A stretch of 64,000 bases of DNA, taken from the NCBI GenBank assembly GCA_013377005.1, contig JACABE010000021.1, positions 4,294 through 68,293 on the forward strand. Direction: 5' to 3'. Each line of letters opens with the position of its first letter. The stretch's first letter is position 1. Shown here one piece after another: positions 56,796-64,000 of this stretch. The notes beneath the pieces were generated by a model. The model was given only the letters and a program-made list of their open reading frames with translations. It was not told the DNA's origin and did not search any database. The position numbers and the translations under genes are program-made. The DNA comes from Bacteroidota bacterium (GTDB taxonomy: Bacteria > Bacteroidota > Bacteroidia > Bacteroidales > JACABE01).

Positions 56796-59700
56796 ATGAA
56801 ACGCTTTTTAAACTTTTTTTCATCCTCAAAAGCTACAATGATATTGCTGTTTATTTTAGCATTAGCAATGGCTGTAGCAACATTCATCGAAGATAAATAT
56901 GATACCGTATCTGCCAGAAGTATAGTATATAATACAAGGTGGTTTGAATTATTATTCGTGCTACTTGCTCTAAACTTAATAGGACATATTAAAACATACA
57001 ACTTGATTTCCTGGAAGAAAATAGGTGGACTTATATTTCATCTTGCTTTTATTTTAATGATTATTGGTGCTGGTATTACAAGATATTTTGGATTTGAAGG
57101 GAATATGCATATTCGTCAAGGCGAAGCATCAAAAATAGTGTATAGTGCAGATCCTTATTTAATGATATCATATACTGATAATAAGCAAAATTATAACTAT
57201 GATCATCCCATTCGAATTGGTTTAATTACAGATAATTCATTTCACATAAGTATTCCAACAGATGATAAAGGAAATATTGATATAAAGTTTAAAGAATTTA
57301 TTAGCAATGCAGTTGAAAAAATAGAAGAAAATGTTGCTGGAGGAAAGAATATGATAGAACTTTCTGTATTAACATCTTCTGGTTTGCAAAATGTTTTCAT
57401 AAATGAAGGAGAGGTAAAGAATTTGGGGTTAATTAAAATTTCTTATAATAATAGTAGTGATAATGATGCCGTTAAGTTAGATGAAAAAGAAGGAAAACTT
57501 TATATTTCTTCGCCTTATGATATTCGACAAGCTACAATGGATGAATCAGTTGTTGATACTTTAATGAAAGATTCTTTATCAATTTTTCAGGAAAAGAAAA
57601 TTTATAGTACCAATGGTTTATCATTTGTGTGTAATAAGTTTTATAAAAGTGCCCTAAAGAAAATTGTTTCAGGAGTTTCTACTAATATGGAAAGTAATGG
57701 AAATGATGCAATCGTTCTTGAAGTAGCTATTAATGGAAAAAAACATGAGGCTATTGTGATGTATAATGCCAGTTATTCTTCTGGGTATAACGATTATAGT
57801 TTTGATGGTACTAATATTAAAATTGGTTTTGGAAGCAAAACCATTGAACTTCCTTTTGCCTTGTATCTGAAAAATTTTATTTTCGAAAAATATCCCGGAT
57901 CTGAAAGACCCTCTTCCTATAAAAGTGAAGTTACATTAATTGACGATAAAAACAATGTCAAAGAAGATTATAGCATTTTTATGAATAATGTTTTGGATTA
58001 TAAACAATATAGATTTTTCCAATCTTCCTATGATACAGATGAGCGAGGTACAATATTGTCTGTAAATCATGATTACTGGGGGACTTTTGTTTCTTACTTA
58101 GGTTATACATTATTGACCATAGGTTTTATCATTACATTATTCAATAAAAACTCACGTTTTCTTTCTTTGAGAAAATTTATAACTGATGCAAGAAATAAAC
58201 GAAAATCTATTTTATTGTGTATTATTTTCTTATTAGGATTTAATGGAATTGGTTTTTCTCAAAATAATTCAGCTAATATAATAGATGCTTTTCATGCAGA
58301 TAAATTCGGACATTTACTTACACAAACTTATGATGGACGTTTTGCACCTGTACATACCTTAGCTATAGATTTAATGCACAAAATTGCCAAAAAGGACAAT
58401 TTCAATATTGAAGGAAAAGGTAAAATGAATGCTATGCAGGCATTCATTGATATGATGGCTGAGCCTCAGTTTTGGCAACAACAGAAAATTATTTATGTTC
58501 CTCAGAAAGCCATAAGAGATATCATAGGAATTAATACTGAATATGCATCTTTCCTTGATTTCTTTGATGCAAATCAGCAATATAAAATGGATAAATATAT
58601 CAATGATGCTTTTCGAAAAAAACAATCCGAAAAAAACAAAGTTGATAAAGAAATTTTAAAAGTTGACGAGCGATTAAACATCTTTAGTATGATTATTAAT
58701 GGAAGTATTCTTAAGATATTTCCTGAACAGAATTCAAAAAATAATAAGTGGATAAGTTGGGACGATAATTCCTCAATGATTCCCTTAACAGGAGCTATTA
58801 GCATTATTAATAATGATTTGCAACTGAAAACGTTTAATTATGCTAATATCATGCACGCCTATATTTTTGAGGTACAGAAAGGTATTAGCACATCAGATTA
58901 TTCAAAAGCAGATAAAATTGTAGGTTATATTTCTGATATCCAGAAACAAATCTCAGATCCAAGCTTATTACCATCTGATACAAAAAGAAATGCTGAGATT
59001 TTTTATAACAATGCCGATATTTTTATCTTTCTTAAGAATGTATATGCTTTATTTAGTGTATTGCTTCTTGTTCTGGCATTTATTGAAAATGTAAAAACAC
59101 AAAAGAGTAAATTTATTGGATATACTTTAAATATCTTAACAATACTTTTGGTGATAGCTTTTTTGTACCACACATTAGGAATGGGATTAAGATGGTATAT
59201 CACTGAACACGCACCTTGGAGCAATGGTTATGAAGCTTTAATCTTAGTTGCTTGGGGAGCATTACTTGCAGGATTTAGTTTTGCAAAAAATTCAAAACTC
59301 ACATTAGCAGCAACCACTTTATTAGCTTTCTTTGTGTTAATGACGGCAAGTCATAGTAGCTATGACCCTCAATTAACAAACCTGCAACCGGTTTTAAAAT
59401 CCTACTGGCTTATTATTCATGTAGCTACACTTACAATCAGTTATGGGTTCTTGGGTTTGGGATTTATACTTGGTTTAATGAATCTGTTTATTTATTTATC
59501 AAAAACAAAAAGCAATTCTACTCGTCTAGATTTGTTAATTACTGAAAATACCTATATTATTGAAATGAACTTAATCATTGGACTATTCTTAGCCACTTTA
59601 GGAACATTTTTGGGAGCCGTATGGGCAAATGAATCATGGGGAAAATATTGGGGATGGGATGCTAAAGAAACATGGGCTCTGGTGATTGTAGTAACATATT

Positions 59701-59951
59701 CTATTATCATACACATGAGATTTATTCCAAAGTTTAATACTAAATTTGCCTTTAATGTTGCATCTGTATTAGGGTTTTCAAGTGTAATAATGACTTTTGT
59801 GGGTGTAAATTATTATTTGTCAAAAGGAATGCATAGTTATGGTGCAGGAGATACTCCTGTTTTTCCATTATGGGCATGGGGCACGATTATTGCTATTATC
59901 ATACTTATTATCTCTGCTGGAATAAAAGAGAGAAATAATAAATTAAATTAA
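56796..59951 (+). CDS. ccsBA: Fused System II cytochrome c synthase (ResB/CcsB + CcsA)
   Basis: 1051 aa. The N-terminal ResB-like part has TM helices and a large periplasmic loop. The C-terminal CcsA part has the Trp-rich haem-handling motif WGKYWGWDAKETW and flanking His residues. Confidence 0.85.
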   Translation: MKRFLNFFSSSKATMILLFILALAMAVATFIEDKYDTVSARSIVYNTRWFELLFVLLALNLIGHIKTYNLISWKKIGGLIFHLAFILMIIGAGITRYFGFEGNMHIRQGEASKIVYSADPYLMISYTDNKQNYNYDHPIRIGLITDNSFHISIPTDDKGNIDIKFKEFISNAVEKIEENVAGGKNMIELSVLTSSGLQNVFINEGEVKNLGLIKISYNNSSDNDAVKLDEKEGKLYISSPYDIRQATMDESVVDTLMKDSLSIFQEKKIYSTNGLSFVCNKFYKSALKKIVSGVSTNMESNGNDAIVLEVAINGKKHEAIVMYNASYSSGYNDYSFDGTNIKIGFGSKTIELPFALYLKNFIFEKYPGSERPSSYKSEVTLIDDKNNVKEDYSIFMNNVLDYKQYRFFQSSYDTDERGTILSVNHDYWGTFVSYLGYTLLTIGFIITLFNKNSRFLSLRKFITDARNKRKSILLCIIFLLGFNGIGFSQNNSANIIDAFHADKFGHLLTQTYDGRFAPVHTLAIDLMHKIAKKDNFNIEGKGKMNAMQAFIDMMAEPQFWQQQKIIYVPQKAIRDIIGINTEYASFLDFFDANQQYKMDKYINDAFRKKQSEKNKVDKEILKVDERLNIFSMIINGSILKIFPEQNSKNNKWISWDDNSSMIPLTGAISIINNDLQLKTFNYANIMHAYIFEVQKGISTSDYSKADKIVGYISDIQKQISDPSLLPSDTKRNAEIFYNNADIFIFLKNVYALFSVLLLVLAFIENVKTQKSKFIGYTLNILTILLVIAFLYHTLGMGLRWYITEHAPWSNGYEALILVAWGALLAGFSFAKNSKLTLAATTLLAFFVLMTASHSSYDPQLTNLQPVLKSYWLIIHVATLTISYGFLGLGFILGLMNLFIYLSKTKSNSTRLDLLITENTYIIEMNLIIGLFLATLGTFLGAVWANESWGKYWGWDAKETWALVIVVTYSIIIHMRFIPKFNTKFAFNVASVLGFSSVIMTFVGVNYYLSKGMHSYGAGDTPVFPLWAWGTIIAIIILIISAGIKERNNKLN

Positions 59952-59975
59952 TACTAACCTAAAAAAAGAACGACA

Positions 59976-60488
59976 ATGAAAAAAACGTTAATTGTAATAG
60001 CTTGTATGCTATTTTTATTAAGTAATGGGTTATTAGCTCAAAATAAATATGTAGGAGCTAAAAACTGCAAAATGTGCCATATGGCAAAAGGCAAACAGTA
60101 TCCAACATGGTCTGAATCAAAACACGCAAAAGCTTTTGAAACACTAAAAGGACCTGAAGCATTAAAAATTGCAAAAGAAAAAGGTATTGCAGATCCTTCA
60201 ACAGATGAAAAATGCTTAAAATGTCATTCAACTGTTGCTTCAATTGATGCCAAATTGAATGGAGGAATTACCAAAGAAGAAGGCGTTTCATGCGAAACAT
60301 GCCATGGAGCCGGAAGCGCTTATAAAGCTCCTGCTGTTATGAGAAATCATGATGCATGTGTTACCAATGGATTGATTATTCCTGATGAAAAATTATGTTT
60401 AAAATGCCATAATTCAGGAAGTCCTACTTTTAAAGGGTTTGATTTTGCAACATATAGTGCAAAAATAACCCACAAAAATCCTAAATAG
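59976..60488 (+). CDS. Periplasmic tetrahaem cytochrome c
   Basis: Signal peptide and four CxxCH sites (CKMCH, CLKCH, CETCH, CLKCH) in 170 aa. Confidence 0.85.
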   Translation: MKKTLIVIACMLFLLSNGLLAQNKYVGAKNCKMCHMAKGKQYPTWSESKHAKAFETLKGPEALKIAKEKGIADPSTDEKCLKCHSTVASIDAKLNGGITKEEGVSCETCHGAGSAYKAPAVMRNHDACVTNGLIIPDEKLCLKCHNSGSPTFKGFDFATYSAKITHKNPK

Positions 60489-60524
60489 GAAATAGGAGAA
60501 CTTCAAATAGCTGAAGTAAAGAAG

Positions 60525-60564
60525 AATAATCCGCATTCTGTTGAATAACGGAATGCGGATTATT
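60525..60564 (+). other. Intercistronic stem-loop between the two cytochrome genes
   Basis: AATAATCCGCATTC (60525-60538) pairs perfectly with GAATGCGGATTATT (60551-60564) around a 12-nt loop. The only following T-tract is weak (TTAATTAT). Confidence 0.5.
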
Positions 60565-60592
60565 TAATTATAAACTATAAATAAAATTATAT

Positions 60593-62092
60593 ATGAAATT
60601 ACCACGTACATATTACAATAATATTTCCTATTTTGGAACCATTATTGCTATAATAGCTTGGATAACACTAATATTTTTTGTTATTCAAATTAATATTTTC
60701 AGAATTAATAATGTTTATTTTGATTTATATACATTTGTTGTAACTCCTGCTTTCTTGGTAATAGGACATATTCTTATTCCCTTTGGAATGTATAGAACCA
60801 GGAAAAAACTTAAAAAAGGACTCCCTGTTTCAAATGATAAATTATTTGTTTTAGATCTTAAAGATTCAAAAACAAGAAATGCTATACTGATATTTTCTAT
60901 TGTATCTGTGTTTTTTGTTATTTCAACCATAGTTGGGAGCTATAAAGCTTTTCATTATACTGAATCTGTTGAATTTTGCGGAAAACTTTGTCATAAAGTT
61001 ATGCAACCTGAATATGTTGCTTATCAGAATTCTCCGCATGCAAGAGTAAAGTGTGCCGAATGTCATGTGGGCGAAGGTGCTGATTTTTACGTAAAATCAA
61101 AAATGTCCGGTTTACGACAAGTTTATAAATATATTTTGGGAACTTACCCCAGACCTATTGCAACACCAATAGAGAATTTACGTCCAGCAAGAGAAACTTG
61201 CGAAAAATGTCACTGGCCACAAAAATTTTATACCAATGCCTTACGCAAGGAAAAATATTATCTTGCAGATTCAGCTAATACTGAATGGAATATTACTTTA
61301 AATATGAAAATTGGAGCCAATCATCAGGCATTAGGATTAACAGAAGGAATTCACTGGCATATAAATCCTAATTTCCAGATTGATTATAAATCTAATCCCA
61401 AAAGAAATGAAATATATTCAGTAAAAATTACCAATAAAAAAACTGGTGTTGAAACCATCTATAAAAATGATGAGCTTGAAGTAAAACCAGATGCTATTTC
61501 AAAAATGGAATCAAGAGGAATGGATTGTATGGATTGCCACAACAGACCTTCTCATGAATACAGATCTCCTTCGAAATATATTAATACCCTACTTGCTTCT
61601 CAGCCTCAATTAGCTTCTATTCCATGGTTAAAAAGTGCTGTGATGGATGCCGTTAAAGTGCCTTATTCTACCACTGATTCGGCTGCAAATGAAATTAAAA
61701 ATAAAATCATAAAGTATTATAAAGAGCAATATCCTGCTATTTATAAAAAGAATGGTAAAGAAATTTTAAGTGCTATTGAAGAAATTAAAACAGTATATTT
61801 TAAAAATACTTTCCCCGAAATGAAAGTTGATTATAGTGTTTATCCGAGACATATTGGTCATCTTGAGTCTAATGGATGTTTCAGATGTCATAATGATAAA
61901 TTTAAATCACCTACAGGAAAGAAAATTTCTAAAGATTGTAATCTGTGTCATACTATTGTTGCCCAAGGTAAATCTAATGATATGAAATATACCGGAATAA
62001 ATAGCACTTTGGAATTTATGCATCCTGTTGATATTGGAGATGCATGGAAAGAATCAAATTGCATGGATTGTCATGCTGAAATGTATAAATAA
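60593..62092 (+). CDS. Membrane-anchored NapC/NirT-like multihaem cytochrome c (seven haem sites)
   Basis: It has three N-terminal TM segments. FCGKLCHKVMQPEYVAYQNSPHARVKCAECHVG parallels the NapC/NrfH quinol-dehydrogenase signature. The haem sites are CGKLCH (CX3CH), CAECH, CEKCH, CMDCH, CFRCH, CNLCH and CMDCH. Confidence 0.8.
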   Translation: MKLPRTYYNNISYFGTIIAIIAWITLIFFVIQINIFRINNVYFDLYTFVVTPAFLVIGHILIPFGMYRTRKKLKKGLPVSNDKLFVLDLKDSKTRNAILIFSIVSVFFVISTIVGSYKAFHYTESVEFCGKLCHKVMQPEYVAYQNSPHARVKCAECHVGEGADFYVKSKMSGLRQVYKYILGTYPRPIATPIENLRPARETCEKCHWPQKFYTNALRKEKYYLADSANTEWNITLNMKIGANHQALGLTEGIHWHINPNFQIDYKSNPKRNEIYSVKITNKKTGVETIYKNDELEVKPDAISKMESRGMDCMDCHNRPSHEYRSPSKYINTLLASQPQLASIPWLKSAVMDAVKVPYSTTDSAANEIKNKIIKYYKEQYPAIYKKNGKEILSAIEEIKTVYFKNTFPEMKVDYSVYPRHIGHLESNGCFRCHNDKFKSPTGKKISKDCNLCHTIVAQGKSNDMKYTGINSTLEFMHPVDIGDAWKESNCMDCHAEMYK

Positions 62093-62117
62093 ATATTTTA
62101 ATCAATTAAATTATATT

Positions 62118-62918
62118 ATGTCTATGAAAAAAAGGATTATTTTTTCAATTATGGTAGTAATATTAACTATCAGTTTTAATCTATTTACAAAGAGTTTGCA
62201 AGCTCAAACTACAGGAAATTTGACCTTTAGTGTTACAACAACATCTACAGGAAACTTCAGCCCCAGGCATGTTATTGCCATTTGGATTGAAAAATCTGAC
62301 GGTACTTTTGTAAAAACAAAACTTAAAAAAGCAGCTGCCAGGGTTCAATATTTGAATCAATGGGTTGCCAAATCAGGATCGAATGTTGTAGATGCTACTA
62401 CCGGAGCTACCGTTAGTGCTCATCAAACCGAAAGTATTACATGGAATGCTACCGATGTTACCGGAGCTACAGTTGCTGATGGCGATTATAAATTATGGAT
62501 ACAAATGGCATGGTCTAATAATAATGGACCTACTTACAGCATTGCTTTTACCAAAAATGCTACTGCTGCTCATATTACTCCTGCTGATCAGACTAACTAT
62601 ACAGGAATGGTTTTGGATTGGACTCCTAATACCGCTGGTATTGCCGAAAATCAAAACCAAAGCACTTTTACAGTTACTCCTAATCCTGTTACAAGTCAAA
62701 GTTCAATTAATTACTCATTAAAAGAATTAACGGATGTAACTATAGGATTATATGATGTTACAGGTAAATTAATAAATGTATTGTTTGATGATAACCAAAC
62801 TGCAGGTAATTATAGTTTATCTTTAGCTTCAGAAGAAAAACTAAAACCAGGCACTTATTTTGTAAAAATGAATACCGGCAAAACTCAACATACCGAAAGA
62901 GTTTTGATTTTAAAATAA
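62118..62918 (+). CDS. DUF2271-like domain protein with a T9SS C-terminal sorting domain
   Basis: The ATG at 62118 gives a signal peptide (SLQAQ). LTFSVTT...SPRHVIAIWIEKSDGTFVKT...VDATTGATV...DGDYKLWIQ resembles DUF2271. The C-terminus TVTPNPVTSQSSINY...GTYFVKM...RVLILK is a T9SS CTD. Confidence 0.5.
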   Translation: MSMKKRIIFSIMVVILTISFNLFTKSLQAQTTGNLTFSVTTTSTGNFSPRHVIAIWIEKSDGTFVKTKLKKAAARVQYLNQWVAKSGSNVVDATTGATVSAHQTESITWNATDVTGATVADGDYKLWIQMAWSNNNGPTYSIAFTKNATAAHITPADQTNYTGMVLDWTPNTAGIAENQNQSTFTVTPNPVTSQSSINYSLKELTDVTIGLYDVTGKLINVLFDDNQTAGNYSLSLASEEKLKPGTYFVKMNTGKTQHTERVLILK

Positions 62919-62944
62919 ATTTGTTTCAATTTATTTAATTAGAG

Positions 62945-62993
62945 ATTGAGAAATATCATAAAATTGTTTTGCAATTTTATGATATTTCTCAAT
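62945..62993. terminator. Very long perfect hairpin between convergent genes (bidirectional terminator or boundary element)
   Basis: ATTGAGAAATATCATAAAATTG (62945-62966) pairs perfectly with CAATTTTATGATATTTCTCAAT (62972-62993) around the loop TTTTG. The downstream sequence is T-rich (TTGCTTTTACTGTGTTTTTTTTT). Confidence 0.6.
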
Positions 62994-63030
62994 TTGCTTT
63001 TACTGTGTTTTTTTTTGACGTTGACAGGTC

Positions 63031-63999
63031 TTACACTCCTTCTACCACTATTTTCGCGAGGCTAAAGGTAAATTCCTGTTCTTCGTTGTCGGAAGTTAGT
63101 TCTACGCCGCTTTGTTGGAAATCTTTGTAACCAACAGCCGTAATTTTAATGGTGTATGTGCCCGGTACTACTTCGTCGGTGTAAAATTCGCCATCCTCAT
63201 CGGTAGTAGTGCTGAGGGTAGTGCCCAAAATTTCAACCATAGCATCTTCTATTACTTCTTCGGTTTCGGCGTCGGTAACTGTGCCTTGGAAAATGGCAGC
63301 ATTTACTTCTGCATCGGCTAATTTAACCGTCTTCTTTTTAGGCGAAACGTCTAAAATATAATTGTGTTGATTGTCGGGATCGTCTTCAAAAATCAATTTG
63401 CCGGCTTTGGCAATGGTAGCGGTGAGTTTCCACAATTCGTCGTAAGCCTTTACCCTGTTGCCGGTGGCAATGTAGCGGGCTTTTTTGGCCTGTTCCTGTT
63501 GTATATTAGCGGTATCCAAATCGGAGGAGAGGTGAGTAATTTCATCAATAGTGGTTTGCGACAAGCCTTTTTGCAAAAGCACAGTTTTGTACTTATTCAG
63601 CGTAACCACAAAGTTTTTTAGAAACAATATGAGCTTGCTTTGGGTGTTGATTACCTTTTTTAGTTCGGGATAGCCAAATTCGTAGAGGTGAAGATGATCG
63701 CCCGGAAAAACCTTTTCTACGTAATACCTTATGGTTCGTACGGCGGCAATGGCTGAGTTGGAGAACGTAATTACTTTCTGAGTTTCCTGCATTTGCAGGG
63801 CTAGCAACACATAGTCGGCTGGAATGGCTTCTACTTCGCCAATTTTATGGATAAGCTGATTGGAATAATCGGGACTCAATTCGGGATCGAAAGCCGTAAA
63901 TCTCGCAAGATCAGTCTTAAATGATTGATGAATGTTTTTCGAAATTTCCAGTTGTCTCGATTGAGAAATGCCTTTGGAAGTGTGTTGTGATGTTTTCAT
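63031..63999 (-). CDS. Hypothetical protein: helical N-terminal region plus a carboxypeptidase-regulatory-like beta-sandwich
   Basis: 322 aa with no signal peptide. The C-terminal FQGTVTDAETEEVIEDAMVEILG...TDEDGEFYTDEVVPGTYTIKITAVGYKDF fits CarboxypepD_reg. The gene is visibly more GC- and CpG-rich than its neighbours. The start codon is at the window edge. Confidence 0.55.
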   Translation of the reverse strand: MKTSQHTSKGISQSRQLEISKNIHQSFKTDLARFTAFDPELSPDYSNQLIHKIGEVEAIPADYVLLALQMQETQKVITFSNSAIAAVRTIRYYVEKVFPGDHLHLYEFGYPELKKVINTQSKLILFLKNFVVTLNKYKTVLLQKGLSQTTIDEITHLSSDLDTANIQQEQAKKARYIATGNRVKAYDELWKLTATIAKAGKLIFEDDPDNQHNYILDVSPKKKTVKLADAEVNAAIFQGTVTDAETEEVIEDAMVEILGTTLSTTTDEDGEFYTDEVVPGTYTIKITAVGYKDFQQSGVELTSDNEEQEFTFSLAKIVVEGV

Positions 64000-64000
64000 T

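Noticed and set aside
60593-62092. The 499-aa cytochrome as the nitrite reductase NrfA, which is of similar length
   Set aside because: It has no CxxCK active-site haem motif, it has three N-terminal TM helices, and it carries a NapC/NrfH-type first-haem signature. It looks like a quinol dehydrogenase-type cytochrome, not a catalytic NrfA.
62028-62117. Upstream extension of the DUF2271-like ORF overlapping the end of the heptahaem cytochrome gene
   Set aside because: The extension overlaps the cytochrome coding region by 65 nt and lacks a signal peptide. The ATG at 62118 (MSMKKRIIF...) gives one.
1-64000. Looked for rRNA, tRNA, CRISPR arrays, transposases, integrases and toxin-antitoxin or defence genes
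   Set aside because: No cloverleaf-like GC-rich intergenic segments, no regularly spaced direct repeats longer than 7 nt, and no ORFs with recombinase or nuclease motifs were seen. The intergenic regions are short or AT-rich.

Overview
Low-GC Bacteroidota-type chromosomal segment. Four proteins end in T9SS type-A C-terminal sorting domains, several genes sit behind TTG-N19-21-TAnnTTTG promoter motifs, and the purH-mreB-mreC-mreD order is present. I can support 48 protein-coding genes, about a dozen intrinsic-terminator hairpins and a few promoter or operator candidates. I saw no rRNA, tRNA, CRISPR array, transposase or integrase. Most genes are housekeeping: glmS, lpxK, pdxJ, rfbB, purH, mreBCD, dnaX, class II RNR nrdJ, two M16 peptidases, DPP-IV and an ACE-like M2 peptidase. 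Three blocks look accessory and poorly understood. (1) 27046-36009 is a tightly packed eight-gene minus-strand operon. It joins a VTC polyphosphate-polymerase-like domain protein, a DUF4956 membrane protein and a DUF2490 outer-membrane barrel to a T9SS-secreted CotH atypical kinase and two more T9SS cargos, behind a 664-bp non-coding leader. This is my best candidate for an undescribed system. (2) 54349-62918 is a multihaem cytochrome island: fused CcsBA haem lyase, a tetrahaem c, and a membrane-anchored NapC/NirT-like heptahaem c whose first site is CX3CH. It also holds a DUF2271-like protein with a T9SS sorting domain and divergent PepSY-TM and OB-like lipoprotein genes, with no recognisable terminal reductase. 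(3) 6190-10515 is a cluster of four envelope lipoproteins (TPR/COG3014-like, LpoB-like, two LPP20-like). Smaller items: a long perfect hairpin at 62945-62993 followed by a more GC/CpG-rich gene of unknown function; an A7 slippery site at the tau/gamma boundary of dnaX; tandem OMP paralogues sharing an N-terminal module; and an Omp85-type barrel fused to a TolB-like propeller. All family assignments come from reading motifs by eye and need profile searches to confirm.
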